Below are positions 53,415 to 63,964 of a stretch of DNA of 64,000 nucleotides, in pieces; the stretch's first letter is position 1, and every line of letters begins with the position of its first letter. The stretch lies in NCBI GenBank assembly GCA_963761335.1, contig CAVXGR010000012.1, positions 448,001 through 512,000 on the forward strand. Reading direction: 5' to 3'. The stretch comes from an uncultured delta proteobacterium (lineage in GTDB: Bacteria > Desulfobacterota > Binatia > HRBIN30 > BPIQ01). A program made the translations under genes and the position numbers. A model generated the notes under the pieces. It had not been told where the DNA came from. It did not search any database and saw nothing but the letters and a program-made list of their open reading frames with translations.

Positions 53415-56400
53415 GACGTCGATTCCGACAACAGGAGGGAAATGCGTTGCGCCTGCAACGGCGCGCCGATCTGTTCGTAAAGTTGATGAGATTCGCGCAG
53501 CAACTGCACGCGCGTCGCGTCATCGCCGAGGAGGGCTGCCAGCTCGGCGCGCCACTCGCAGAGCGCGGGCGCGAGTGTCTTCGCTCCCGTGCGTTCGATC
53601 AGTGCGGCTGCGCTGGCAAGGGCAGCTTCCGCGGCATCGCGGGCCGCCGCTCCGTCGCGGCGGAGGAGGGCGCGCGCCATGATGCCGTGGGCCTCGGCTT
53701 CGGCGTGGCCACCCAGCGAGCGTCGGCAGAGCGCGATCGCCTCCTCGGCCGCCGCCAGCGCGGCCGACAGATCACCGGCTTGCAGCAGGGCCCAGGCCAA
53801 AAGCATCGCGGAATCGCCCGCAGCGTGCTTTTCCACACGCCCGCAGATCTCCAGGGCGGCACGCGCCGGCGCGATGGCGTCGGCCGCCCGCCCCGCCGCG
53901 AGGTGTGCGCGGGCGAAGGCAAACTGCGCGTACCCGGCCAGCGACAACGGCTCCCCCAGCTTGCGGCCGATCTCTTCGAGCTGCCGCGCGCTGGTGAGTG
54001 CCCGGTCTGCGTCATGAGCGTTGTGGTAGGCCGCGGCCGCCACGACCATGGCGTACCCGATCAACTCCGGTGTGCCGTCCTCCTCGAGCAGACGGCGGGT
54101 GCGTGCGAGCGCTTCGAGCCCCTCCGGCAAGCGGCCCACCCACGTGAGGCAATAGCTGCGCCAGAACGAGAGCAGGGAATAGGGATTGAAGCCAATGATC
54201 CATTCCCCGGAAGGAATGTGGCGCGGAAAGCGAGCAAGCGCTTCCTCCGCCATCTGGAGTGCCTCGGGGAATCGTGCGGCAAAGCTGAGCGCGTCGACGA
54301 GGTAGACACAGGCATTGGCCTGCATCCCAACGTCATCGATCTCGAGTGCCACGCGCCGGTTCTCGATTGCCACCTCGAGATACTCCGCCACGTCGCCGTC
54401 GCCACAGCGCGCGCGGCCATAGACCATCGACAGGCTCAGATGGGCGCGGCGATCGCCAATCGCGTTGGCGAGGGTCTGCCCTTCCTCCAAGAGGGCCTTC
54501 GCCTCGTCGAGCCCCGTGCCGACCCGCCAGCTCCCGTTCAGCAGCTGCATACAGGCAACGATGCCGAGGGCGGCTGCCTCGTGGTCGTCCGGTAGCTGAC
54601 GCAAGAGCTTGCGCACTTGGCCCCAGTGGTGAGTTGCGGCGGCAAAGTCGGTGCGCCCCACCCACTCGGCCGCGCGCCGGTGCCAGCGCGCCCCGCTGAG
54701 CGCCTCGCCGGCCTCCTCCCAGTGGTGCGCCAGCAGCGCCGCGCGTTCGTCGAGATGGTCAGGGTCGTGCAGCTCGATCGCCCGCGCCACGGCGGCGTGC
54801 ACCTGACGGCGACGCTCCTTGAGCTGGCTGCCGAGCGCCACTTCCTGGGTGAGCGGATGCTTGAAGGCGTACTCAACGACCGGATAGATCGCCTGCTCGT
54901 GGATGAACTCGGCACGGCGCAGAGCCGCGAGTGCGGCCTTCAGCTCTTCGGTGGGTAGCTCCGCCACTGCCGCCAGCAACGGCTCGGGGAAGTCCTTGCC
55001 GATCACCGACGCCACTTGCAGCAGCCGCTTCTCGCGCTCCGGCAGCCGGTCGATGCGCGCCGCCAGTACCGCCTGCACGGTGGCCGGCACCGTGAGCTCC
55101 TCGATCGGCGTCACCAGGCGATACGCACCGCGTTCGCCTTCGAGATGCCCCGACTCGATGAGTGTCTGCGCTACCTCCTCGGTGAAGAACGGGTTGCCGC
55201 CGGTACGCGCGTGGATCGGCGCCGTCAGGGCGGCCAGGCTCGGGTCGGTGCCGAGCAGATCCACCAGCAACTCGCCGATCGCGTCGCGCCCGAGCGGCGT
55301 CAGCGGGATCTGCCGGTACCACGACTTCTGCATCCAGTCGGCGCGGTGCTCGGGGCGGAAGTTGAGCAGCAGGAGATTGCGGCTGCCGGCGCGCGCGTCG
55401 ACCATGTGCTCGAGGAACTCGCCGCTCGCATCGTCGAGCCAGTGCAGGTCCTCGACCATCGTCACCGTCGGCTGCTCCTCGCTGACGCTCTGGATCACCT
55501 GACGCATCACGGCGATGATCTGGCGCTGGCGCGCCTCGGGGTCGAGCCGCGGCGCCGGGCGCTGCGAATCGGCGACGCCGAGGAAATCGAAGAGCAGCGG
55601 CAGCGCGTCGGCAAAGCTGTTGTCGAGCAGCACCATGCGCCCGGCGATCTTCTCGCGCGCGCTGCGATCGTCGTCCTCGAGCGTGATGCCGTAGTAGGCG
55701 CGGAACACCTCGAGGATGGGTAGGAAGGGGATGTTGCGGCCGTGGGCGACGGCGCGGCCCTCGTAGACGTGCATGCCGCGGGCGCGGCAGCGCTCGAGGA
55801 ACTCGAAGCACAGGCGACTCTTGCCGGTGCCGGCATCGGCCACGATCCCCACCACCTGGCCGTTGCCCGCCGCAGTCTGCTCGAGCGCATCCTCGAGCGT
55901 GCGCAGATCGGCGGCGCGCCCGACGAAGCGCGAGAGGCCGCGGGCGCGTGAGATGTCGAAGCGCGAACGCGCGGCGCCGATGCCGACGAGGCGGTGGACG
56001 CGCACCGGCTCCGCGACGCCCTTGACGCGAAAGTCGCCCAGATCCTCCAGCGCGAAGTAGCCGCCGGCGAGCGCCGCCGTCGCCGCCGTAAGGTAACACG
56101 AGTCCGGCGAGGCGAGCGCTTCCATCCGCTGTGCCAGACCCACCGTGTGGCCCTGCGCCGTGTAGTCCATGCGCAGGTCATCGCCGATCTTGCCGACCAC
56201 GACCGCGCCCGAGTTGATGCCCATGCGGGTCGAGAAGCCGACGCCGTGCTCGCGCTTCACCTCGGTGGCGTAGCGGGCGATCTCGTCGCGCAGATGCAGC
56301 GCCGCGTAGCAGGCGCGCTGGGCGTGATCCTCGTGGGCGATCGGCGCGCCGAAGAGCGCCATGATCCCGTCGCCGGTGTACTGGTTCAGGGTGCCCTCGA

Positions 56401-56830
56401 AGCGGTGCACGCCTTCGGTGAGGATCTGAAAGAAGCGGTCGAGGATCGTGTGCCACGCTTCCGGGTCGAGCTGTTCAGCGAGTTCCATCGACCCTTTCAC
56501 GTCGGCGAACAGAACGGTGACCTGCTTGCGCTCGCCTTCGAGAGCGGACTTCGATTGCAGGATTTTGTCGGCGAGGTGTTTGGGGGTGTAGGCGCGAGGA
56601 CTGCTGCCAAGTCGAGAGTCGACAGTCGAGAGTCGAGAGTTTTCGACCTTCCCATTTTTGACTGTAGACTGTTGACTGTCGACTAGATTCACGCCGCACT
56701 CGCCGCAGAACTTCGCACCGGAGGGCAGGTTGCTACCGCAGCTCTCGCAGCGCCGGGCGATGGGCGTTCCGCACTCGAGGCAGAACTTCACCCGCTCGGG
56801 GTTGACGTTGCCGCAACTTGCGCAGTTCAT
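53411..56830 (-). CDS. Double zinc ribbon - class III nucleotide cyclase - AAA/STAND ATPase - TPR-like protein
   Basis: Four CxxC motifs; TVLFADVKGS and TGDG; ADAGTGKSRL Walker A; VEDLHWLD Walker B; GGNPFF; helical C-terminus. Confidence 0.9.
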   Translation of the reverse strand: MNCASCGNVNPERVKFCLECGTPIARRCESCGSNLPSGAKFCGECGVNLVDSQQSTVKNGKVENSRLSTVDSRLGSSPRAYTPKHLADKILQSKSALEGERKQVTVLFADVKGSMELAEQLDPEAWHTILDRFFQILTEGVHRFEGTLNQYTGDGIMALFGAPIAHEDHAQRACYAALHLRDEIARYATEVKREHGVGFSTRMGINSGAVVVGKIGDDLRMDYTAQGHTVGLAQRMEALASPDSCYLTAATAALAGGYFALEDLGDFRVKGVAEPVRVHRLVGIGAARSRFDISRARGLSRFVGRAADLRTLEDALEQTAAGNGQVVGIVADAGTGKSRLCFEFLERCRARGMHVYEGRAVAHGRNIPFLPILEVFRAYYGITLEDDDRSAREKIAGRMVLLDNSFADALPLLFDFLGVADSQRPAPRLDPEARQRQIIAVMRQVIQSVSEEQPTVTMVEDLHWLDDASGEFLEHMVDARAGSRNLLLLNFRPEHRADWMQKSWYRQIPLTPLGRDAIGELLVDLLGTDPSLAALTAPIHARTGGNPFFTEEVAQTLIESGHLEGERGAYRLVTPIEELTVPATVQAVLAARIDRLPEREKRLLQVASVIGKDFPEPLLAAVAELPTEELKAALAALRRAEFIHEQAIYPVVEYAFKHPLTQEVALGSQLKERRRQVHAAVARAIELHDPDHLDERAALLAHHWEEAGEALSGARWHRRAAEWVGRTDFAAATHHWGQVRKLLRQLPDDHEAAALGIVACMQLLNGSWRVGTGLDEAKALLEEGQTLANAIGDRRAHLSLSMVYGRARCGDGDVAEYLEVAIENRRVALEIDDVGMQANACVYLVDALSFAARFPEALQMAEEALARFPRHIPSGEWIIGFNPYSLLSFWRSYCLTWVGRLPEGLEALARTRRLLEEDGTPELIGYAMVVAAAAYHNAHDADRALTSARQLEEIGRKLGEPLSLAGYAQFAFARAHLAAGRAADAIAPARAALEICGRVEKHAAGDSAMLLAWALLQAGDLSAALAAAEEAIALCRRSLGGHAEAEAHGIMARALLRRDGAAARDAAEAALASAAALIERTGAKTLAPALCEWRAELAALLGDDATRVQLLRESHQLYEQIGAPLQAQRISLLLSESTS

Positions 56831-56835
56831 GGGAG

Positions 56836-57042
56836 TCACTCGAGCCCGGCCTGTCGCAGGGCGGCGTTTCGGCGCGCGTCGATCTCGGGGCGCGAGACCC
56901 CGATGCCGCGCTGAAACAGCTCCAGCGACACACGCGGCTCGACGCGGCGCGCTTCGCTGGCGGCTCCTGGCTTGATCCCGAGCCGATCACAGAGGCTCTT
57001 GGGGATGGTGACCTGACCTTTCTCCGAGACGATCGCCTTCAT
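56836..57042 (-). pseudogene. AbrB/MazE-family antitoxin, apparently truncated and orphaned
   Basis: MKAIVSEKGQVTIPKSLCDRLGIKPG followed by non-family sequence; near-palindrome GTAGGAATTCCTTAC at 57052-57066. Confidence 0.65.
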
Positions 57043-57159
57043 ACTCGCGCTGTAGGAATTCCTTACTTCTCGAGTCAATTTCGGGGCCTCCCTGGTGGTG
57101 AGCTTGTGATGGCACCGCAAGACTGGGTGTGTCGCTGGACAGGCCCCCCGAAGCTCCAC

Positions 57160-57762
57160 TCACTCGACCGGGCACGGATCGAGGCGCAGGGAGACGGCGG
57201 TTTCCCTGGCCTCGCGGGGGTACAGACCGATTGCAGCGGCGCCCCGGGCCACCGCGTACTTCTCGACCTTGAGTGCGTGGATCGCCTTGACGGTCGCGCG
57301 GTCTTCGTAAAGCACCGGCACCACGCACCGGGTCTCCCCATTCCGGAGGAGCTGAAGGCGCGCTCCATCCAGAGAGTGCTCGACCGCCTTCGAACGCGCC
57401 ATCCCCACCCACTCACCGTCTTCGCGGTCGACGATCCAGAGGCGTAGCTCCGCCGGTTCGCCGGCGCTATCGGTGGCATAAAGCGACACCACTTCTTCGA
57501 GCTCGGCCATCGTGGCGTAAAGCCCGAAGAAGAGCACCACGGGGCTGGCCGCCAGTGCCAGCCAGCAGAGCCCGCGTGGCGTCGCGGGCCACACCAGCAC
57601 ACCGCCGAGCAGCAGCGCACCCAGGCCACCGAACAGGTTCGCGCCGCGGGGCATCGGGTAAGGGCCCTCGTGGTGGAAGCGAACTGCGAAAACGGCGACG
57701 CCGAGGGCAAGGAGCCCGCAGCCAACTATGGTTTGGACCTTGGAAGACGAGCGGGGTTCCAT
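57160..57762 (-). CDS. Hypothetical membrane protein
   Basis: Three N-terminal TM segments plus a soluble C-terminal domain; RBS GGAGGAG. Confidence 0.7.
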   Translation of the reverse strand: MEPRSSSKVQTIVGCGLLALGVAVFAVRFHHEGPYPMPRGANLFGGLGALLLGGVLVWPATPRGLCWLALAASPVVLFFGLYATMAELEEVVSLYATDSAGEPAELRLWIVDREDGEWVGMARSKAVEHSLDGARLQLLRNGETRCVVPVLYEDRATVKAIHALKVEKYAVARGAAAIGLYPREARETAVSLRLDPCPVE

Positions 57763-57787
57763 CACGGGGCTCCTCCAGAGAGACAGT

Positions 57788-57910
57788 TCATGGTGCCAGT
57801 GTCGTGTCCGATGATTGCGGGCGCAGCTCCCCGAAGCGCGCGAGGGCCTCGTCCAGCGCGTTCATCTCGAACAGCTCGATACGCGTGAGGCGTCCCTGCG
57901 CGACCAGGGC
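57788..57910 (-). pseudogene. Orphan 3' gene fragment
   Basis: Reads ALVAQGRLTRIELFEMNALDEALARFGELRP...*, with no start, abutting the vapC stop; resembles SnoaL-like repeat tails. Confidence 0.35.
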
Positions 57911-57911
57911 C

Positions 57912-58343
57912 TCATTCGATCACGATGGCGGTCAAACCGAGAGCGCCCGCTCCGCTCCGCTGATGCGTGTCGTGGGTGTGAACCTCGGTAAAGCCTTGCT
58001 GGAGGGCCGTCACCAGATGCAGACAATCAGCCGTGCGCAGGAAGACGTTCGCCGGCAACGTGGTCAAGGTCCGAACCACCTGTTCGATGATACGGCTGTC
58101 GAGAGGAACCCAGGTCCAGTAGCCGACTGCCTCGTCTGTCGAGAATTGGCTCACGACAGTCGCAAACTCATCTTGGCTCCACTTCCGCTCGCGCAATTGC
58201 CGGTGAAAGACGGCGACCAGCTCCGCTCTCGCGAGCTCCGAGAGCAGCACCTGATCTTCGGCGTCGAGGCGGGCACGGACAGCGTCGGATTCCGACTCCC
58301 GCGCGTAATACCTTGCGAGAGTCGACGTGTCGCAGAAGAGCAT
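57912..58343 (-). CDS. vapC: Type II TA VapC/PIN toxin
   Basis: LFCDTSTL, ELARAEL, LRTADCLHLVTA, THD PIN acidic residues. Confidence 0.88.
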   Translation of the reverse strand: MLFCDTSTLARYYARESESDAVRARLDAEDQVLLSELARAELVAVFHRQLRERKWSQDEFATVVSQFSTDEAVGYWTWVPLDSRIIEQVVRTLTTLPANVFLRTADCLHLVTALQQGFTEVHTHDTHQRSGAGALGLTAIVIE

Positions 58344-58345
58344 CG

Positions 58346-58600
58346 TCAGCGGTCGGAGCGTACGGCGTCGAGACTCTCCAGGATGTCCGACGCCTTCCGC
58401 TGCGTGAGAAAGGTGACGTACTCCGGCAGGAGCGTCCGCTGCCGCCGTCGGGTCGTCGGCAAGTTTGGCGGAACGAGTGCGGCGACCACCTTGCCGCGAT
58501 CGGTGACCGGCAGCGGGGTTCGTGCCCTCCCGGCCCGGCGAACGTATTCGCCGGTCCTGGCGTGCAGCTCTTTGATGGTGATCGAACCCTTTTTGGCCAT
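58346..58600 (-). CDS. Phd/YefM (prevent-host-death) family antitoxin
   Basis: ITIKELHARTGEYVRRA...VTDRGKVVAALVP; directly upstream of the toxin; GTGTCAC direct repeat upstream. Confidence 0.85.
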   Translation of the reverse strand: MAKKGSITIKELHARTGEYVRRAGRARTPLPVTDRGKVVAALVPPNLPTTRRRQRTLLPEYVTFLTQRKASDILESLDAVRSDR

Positions 58601-58604
58601 GGTG

Positions 58605-58715
58605 TCACTGTGTCACTTCCAAAAGAGGTAGGCAAGCGGCTCCGGAGTCGAATGACACGCGGCCGTTCTCTTCGAGGTGGCGGCGCACCTCGCGGTCGAC
58701 GTCGAGGAGTTTCAT
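58605..58715 (-). pseudogene. Truncated N-terminus of another cyclase-family paralog
   Basis: MKLLDVDREVRRHLEENGRVS..., paralogous to the N-terminus at 53414; TAATG coupling to the upstream gene. Confidence 0.6.
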
Positions 58716-60545
58716 TACGGCAACTCCGCCAGCAACCCTGCCACGCGCTCGGCATGTCCCGTCGCGCCCATCTCCTCGAAGAGGTCCTGGGCTTCGATCA
58801 GCAACTTGCGGTGGCGGATCGAATCGGAGAGCAGGCCCGCTAGGCGCGCGCGTGCGATTACCTGCCGCGTTTCACGATTCTCGGTTGCGCACGATCGGCA
58901 ATTCACCGCCTCACGACTCGAGGTCCAGCACCAGCCGCTCCGCCGGGTCCGGGGCACCCATGGCGCGGTACATGGCCTCCCCGTTCCCGCCTGGCGCCCA
59001 CTGGCCAGGCAGTCGGTCAGGCGTTCTTCACAGGCCGCATACTCCCCGCTCAAGAGCGAGGCGAACGCGAGATTGCTGGACGCGGTGATCTGCGAGTAGC
59101 GGGTGCCGACGGCGGCGGCGATCTCGACCGCCTCGGCAGCGGCGCGTAGCAGGTCGGGAACTACCGCTCCGGATGTCCCGCGGCCGAAGTAGCCGACGAT
59201 GCTCGGCGTGCCGAGCACCCAGGCGAGGTTTTCCTGCATCGCGTGCTCGCGGGCCAGCCGGAGTGCGCGATCCATCCGCGGCCAGCACTCGTCGAAGCGG
59301 CCGGCCTGGGCGAGCGCGATGGCGGACACCTGCTCCGCCCAAACCAACGGGCTGAAGCTGACGATCTCGCGCCCGACCCGCGGATCGCCCTCGGTCCGGT
59401 CCACAATCCGATCCAACACCACGAGTGCGTCCCGAATTCGCCCGGCGACGAGACTCCAGTAGGCGGTCGTAACGTCGATCGCGAGGATCTCGCCGCGTCC
59501 CAACGTGTGGTCGACGAGACCGGCGCATTCCGTGGCGACATCGAGAGCTGCTTGGGCGCGTCCGAGCACGCCGTAGTGGCCGGCAACGCCGACGAGCAGA
59601 TTGGCGACGGCGGCGGGACGCCTCAGCTCCCGGGCCAGTGCGCGGCCCTCGTCGAGCGCCGCGCGCACATCCTCCTCGCTCATGCCGAGGCGCCAGCTAC
59701 CGCCGGCCAGGACGGCGCGGCAGGCGCGCAAGCACGCTTCCTTGCTGGGCTCATCGGGTAGCCCGCGACCCAGCTCGCGCACCTTGGGCAGCGGTGTGCG
59801 CCGTGAGGTACACCTTGCCCGGCTCGGCGATCTGTTCCATGCGCGCCGCGAGCCCGACGGTGTGTCCCTGCGCCGTATAGTCCATGCGCAAGTCATCGCC
59901 GATCTTGCCGACGATCACCTCGCCGGAGTTGATGCCCAGGCGCGCCGAGAAGCTGAGCCCACGGCGCAGGCGCAGCTCGTTGGCATAGCCGCGCAGGCCG
60001 TCCAGCAGGTGCAACGCCGCGTAGCAGGCGCGGCGCGCATGATCCTCGTGCGTGATGGGCGCACCAAACAGCGCCATGATGCCGTCGCCGGTGTATTGGT
60101 TCACCGTGCCTTCGAAGCGGTGCACGCCTTCGGTGAGGATCTGGAAGAAGCGGTCGAGGATCTGATGCCATTCTTCGGGATCCACTTGCTCCGCGAGCTC
60201 CATCGATCCCTTCACGTCGGCGAACAGGACGGTCACCTGCTTGCGCTCGCCTTCGAGGGCGGAGCGGCTCTGTAGGATCTTCTCCGCGAGATGGCGGGGC
60301 GTGTAGGAAAGGGGGTTGGAGGTTACGGGGTTGGGGGTTGGGGAAGATCCAGAATCCCCTAACCCCGAGCCCCCCAACCCCTTGACCCCTTGCAGTTGCG
60401 CGCCGCATTCGTCGCAGAACTTTTGACCGGCCGGATTTGTGGCGCCGCACGACGAGCAAACGGGCTCGCTCACCAGCGACGTCGCACAAGCGCCGCAGAA
60501 CTTGGCGCCCTCTCGATTCTCATGCCCGCATGCCGTACAACGCAT
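58715..60545 (-). pseudogene. Second double-zinc-ribbon cyclase/STAND/TPR gene with the ATPase domain deleted and a frameshift near 59790
   Basis: ORF 59751..60545 (zinc ribbon + cyclase, near-identical to the intact paralog) jumps out of frame to the TPR part in ORF 58715..59896. Confidence 0.8.
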
Positions 60546-60603
60546 CTTACTGCTCCCCCTTCCCCCCTAACAACATAGCAAACCCCCTTCGGTCATCGCA
60601 CCC

Positions 60604-62235
60604 TCACTCGCCGACCTCCTCGCTGAGGCGTCGAACGTGCCCCGTCGCGCCGACGTCGCGATAGAGCTCGAGGGCTCGGCGCAGCTGCGACCGCGCCTCC
60701 TGCTCGTCGTTGCCCAGCGCCGCCAGCCGGGCAAACTCCTCAGCCACGAGCGGCGCGTAGGCGCGCGCACCACTTTTCTCGACCAGGCGATCGGCGTCCC
60801 CGAGAAGCGCTGCGATTCGCTCGCTCGCGGCGGCGCCGTCGAGGGCGCGGAAGACGCGGGATTGCGAGATGCGGGCGCGCAGTAGATTGGTCCACGCGTC
60901 GGGAACGAGGATCGGCGCCTCGGCCATCTCCCGTGCGCGCTGCTCCTGTCCGACGGCGAGATACGCCTCCGCGAGCACGCCGGTCGTGAGATCCGTCCAG
61001 CCGCGCGCCTGCTTTCCCACGATCTGCTGGTGTCGGGCCCGATCGAGGGTTGTGACAGCCTCGTTCGCGAAGCCGTGAAGCAAGCTACCCGAGGCACCTA
61101 TCGCCTGGCGCAGGCGCTGGACCGCCATGGCGAGCGTTGCCGCCTGCTCGACCTTGCCGTCTTCGAGCCAGGCCAGGGCGATTTCTTCGTAGGCTTCGGC
61201 CATGAGGTGGGGCACGAGCGCATGCTCCTCCCCCAGGTCGATGGCCTGGTGAAGCGAGCGGAGCGCCGCCTTCCGGTCCCCGGGACTGCAGTACAAGCCA
61301 CGCCAGAGGCGAGCCCCGATCTCGACGGTGAGAGCGACGCCCGCCGCGGCCTCGATGGCCTCGTCGAAGTAGCGGTCGGCGCCGTCGAGATCACCTCCCA
61401 CGGCTGCGGCCTCGCCCTGCAGGAGGATTGCCCATGCGATGAACGCTGGGACGCCAACCTGCCGCGCCGTCTCGGCCACCTCGGCCGCCCGTTCAGCTGC
61501 CCGCTCGGGCTCGACGGCCAGCTGCGCCTCGCGCACTAATCCGCGAATCGCCATCGCTATCACCGTGTCACCCGACGCTTCCGCCAGCTCGATGCCCCGC
61601 TGCCCCTGTTCGATCGCCGCCGCGCAGCGCCGCGAGGCGGGCGCGCTCCTCCACCAGGCGCGGCAGGAGTGAGCGCGCGCTCGTCTCCTCGATGAGCACG
61701 GCGGGGCGCGGGTCCTCGCCCTGAAAGGGCGGGACCGGGCCCGCGGAATGAGCGATGCGGACACGGTCACCCACCGCCCAGGTGTTGACCTCGCTCCGCG
61801 GCTCCGCGCGCAGGATCTCCTCGGCCTTCGCGAGGGCCGCGCGCGCCTCCTCAAGCCGCCCCATCTCGCACAAGGCCTGCGAGCGGGAGTGCCAACTCTG
61901 GCTCCAGCCCGGGAAACCCATGGTTGCGAGTCCCAGCTCGTGGTCGCCTTCCGACCATCGGAGCAACTCCTCGAGGTGCGCGAGGGCCTCCGGATATCGC
62001 GCCAGACAGTGCGCGCTGTAGGCGCCGACAACGCGTGCATGTGCGTGGGTCTCGGCAGACATGCCGTCGTCCAGCAGCGCACAGGCCTCGGTGCCCAGGG
62101 CGTGGAAGCGACGCGCGTCGCCAGGGTTGCCGACGAAAATCGCCCAGTACGAGAGCAGCCGGACCTCGCGCTCGCGATCCGATGCGGCGCGAACGATTGG
62201 GTCGACACGGAGCCCAACTTCGAGCGAAACTCCAA
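60604..62235 (-). pseudogene. Fragmented TPR-like C-terminal regions of further cyclase/STAND paralogs
   Basis: Helical fragments in two frames (61568..62062 and 60604..about 61620); tail ALELYRDVGATGHVRRL matches paralog tails. Confidence 0.6.
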
Positions 62236-62251
62236 GCTTCTTTCAAAGGGC

Positions 62252-63964
62252 TCACTCGCCGTCGCCCTCCAACAGGCCGTATTTTCTCGCGAGGTCCATA
62301 TACACGTGTGTCCACGATACTTCAGGGACTTTTCCGTAGACCCGGCGCATGCCGGCGATCGTGTAGTGAGGATTCAATTCCCGGATCTTGTGTATGCATT
62401 TCTCGGCTTCATCCGGACGGCCGTCCAACTCATACGCCAAAGCGAGCGTTAGGTATTGGGGGATAAAGTCCGGCGCCATATCTGCGGCATGCCTCAGATG
62501 TGACAAGGCGTCCTGCAATCGCCCCCCGAACAGATACGCACCGCCTAGGCTGGCATAACCCGTCCACTCATGGGGATCGACGCGGACCGCCTGCTCGGCG
62601 AAGGCGATACCTTCGTCTATTTCACCGAGTACCACCAGCGGGACCGCAAAGTGCGCGAGCGCGGTGGGATCGTTGGGATTGAGATCCACGGCCCGACGGC
62701 CGTGATCGCACGCTTCGTCCATGCGGCCTTCGATCGTGCGGAAGAGGCAGAGGACCGCGTGCGTGTACGCATCGTCTTCCTTGAGCGCAAGCGCTTTCTC
62801 CGCCAAATCGATTGGCCGCTGCAGATCCGTCGAGCGCTGATGGAAGAAATCTTCCCACAGCACCCGCGCGAGACCGGCATAGGCGAGACCGAAGTCCGGA
62901 TCCAGAGCGATCGCTTTCTCGAACAGCGCCCGCGCCATGCGAAGACTTTCCGGCGTAAACGTGACATGTAATGCGCGGGCACGGAGATAGAGCTCGTGGG
63001 CCGCGCGGTTCTCTGTGGGTAGGTCTTGCACTCGCTGGCGCTCGCCTGCGGTCAGGCTGACACTCAGGGCTTCGACGATTTCTAGCGTGATCTCGTCTTG
63101 CAGGGCGAAGATGTCCGTCAACGTCCGGTCGTATCGTTCCGACCAGAGGTGGTGGCCCGACCATCATCACCGACTTGTCGAAGGTGAGCGGTCTCCTGGT
63201 CATCGCCCGCCACTCATCATTCACCTACAAGGGGAAGAACGTCGACATCGCCACCGTGGCGCGCGAGCTTCGCGTTTCACATGTCGTGGAAGGAAGTGTC
63301 AGGCGTGTGGGCGATCGCGTGCGCATCACGGCGCAGCTGAAGGCGCCACTGATGCAACCACTGGGGCTGGGTTTGGCTCGCCGATCCTTACCAGATAGGC
63401 ACGAACGGGCTGGGGAATATTCTTCAGGGTGTGTTCACCCAAGTCCGTCGCGTTGAGGGAGAGTTTGTTTCGCACCTGCGCATAAACGGCGTCGGACAGA
63501 CAGAGGGCTCCGGCTTCTCCCAAACTTTCGAGGCGGGCGGCGATGTTGATGCCTTCGCCGTAGAGCCGATCATCTTCTATGCGGACGTCGCCCAAGTGTG
63601 CGCCTATGCGGAACCGGACTTGACGGTCGTCGGGGAGGTCGGCGTTGTGTGTCTCCACTTCGACCTGGATAGCGAGGGCGCACTCAACAGCTTGCAAGGC
63701 ACTCGGAAATTCGGCGAGAAAGTTGTCGCCGACGAAGTCGGCCAAGCCCTTCATGGTTCGCGGGGTTCCGGGTTCGGGGTTCGACCATCTCTGAGCCCTG
63801 GAACTTGAACCCGCGCGCAGCACCGTGCCGCAGCCGTTGCAGAACTTTGCGCCGGGTGGGTTCTCGGTTCCGCAGGCGGCGCACGATGCGCCAAGCGGGG
63901 AGGCGCACTCATTACAAAAGCGCGCGCCCGTGGGGTTCTCGTGTCCGCAGCTCGGGCGATTCAT
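62252..63964 (-). pseudogene. Zinc ribbon - partial cyclase - TolB-like - TPR gene disrupted by deletions and an internal inversion
   Basis: 63326..63964 zinc ribbon + cyclase half (FRIGAHLGDV, INIAARLE); TolB-like segment on the + strand at 63163-63339; GHHLWSERYDR-TPR part in 62252..63160. Confidence 0.8.
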
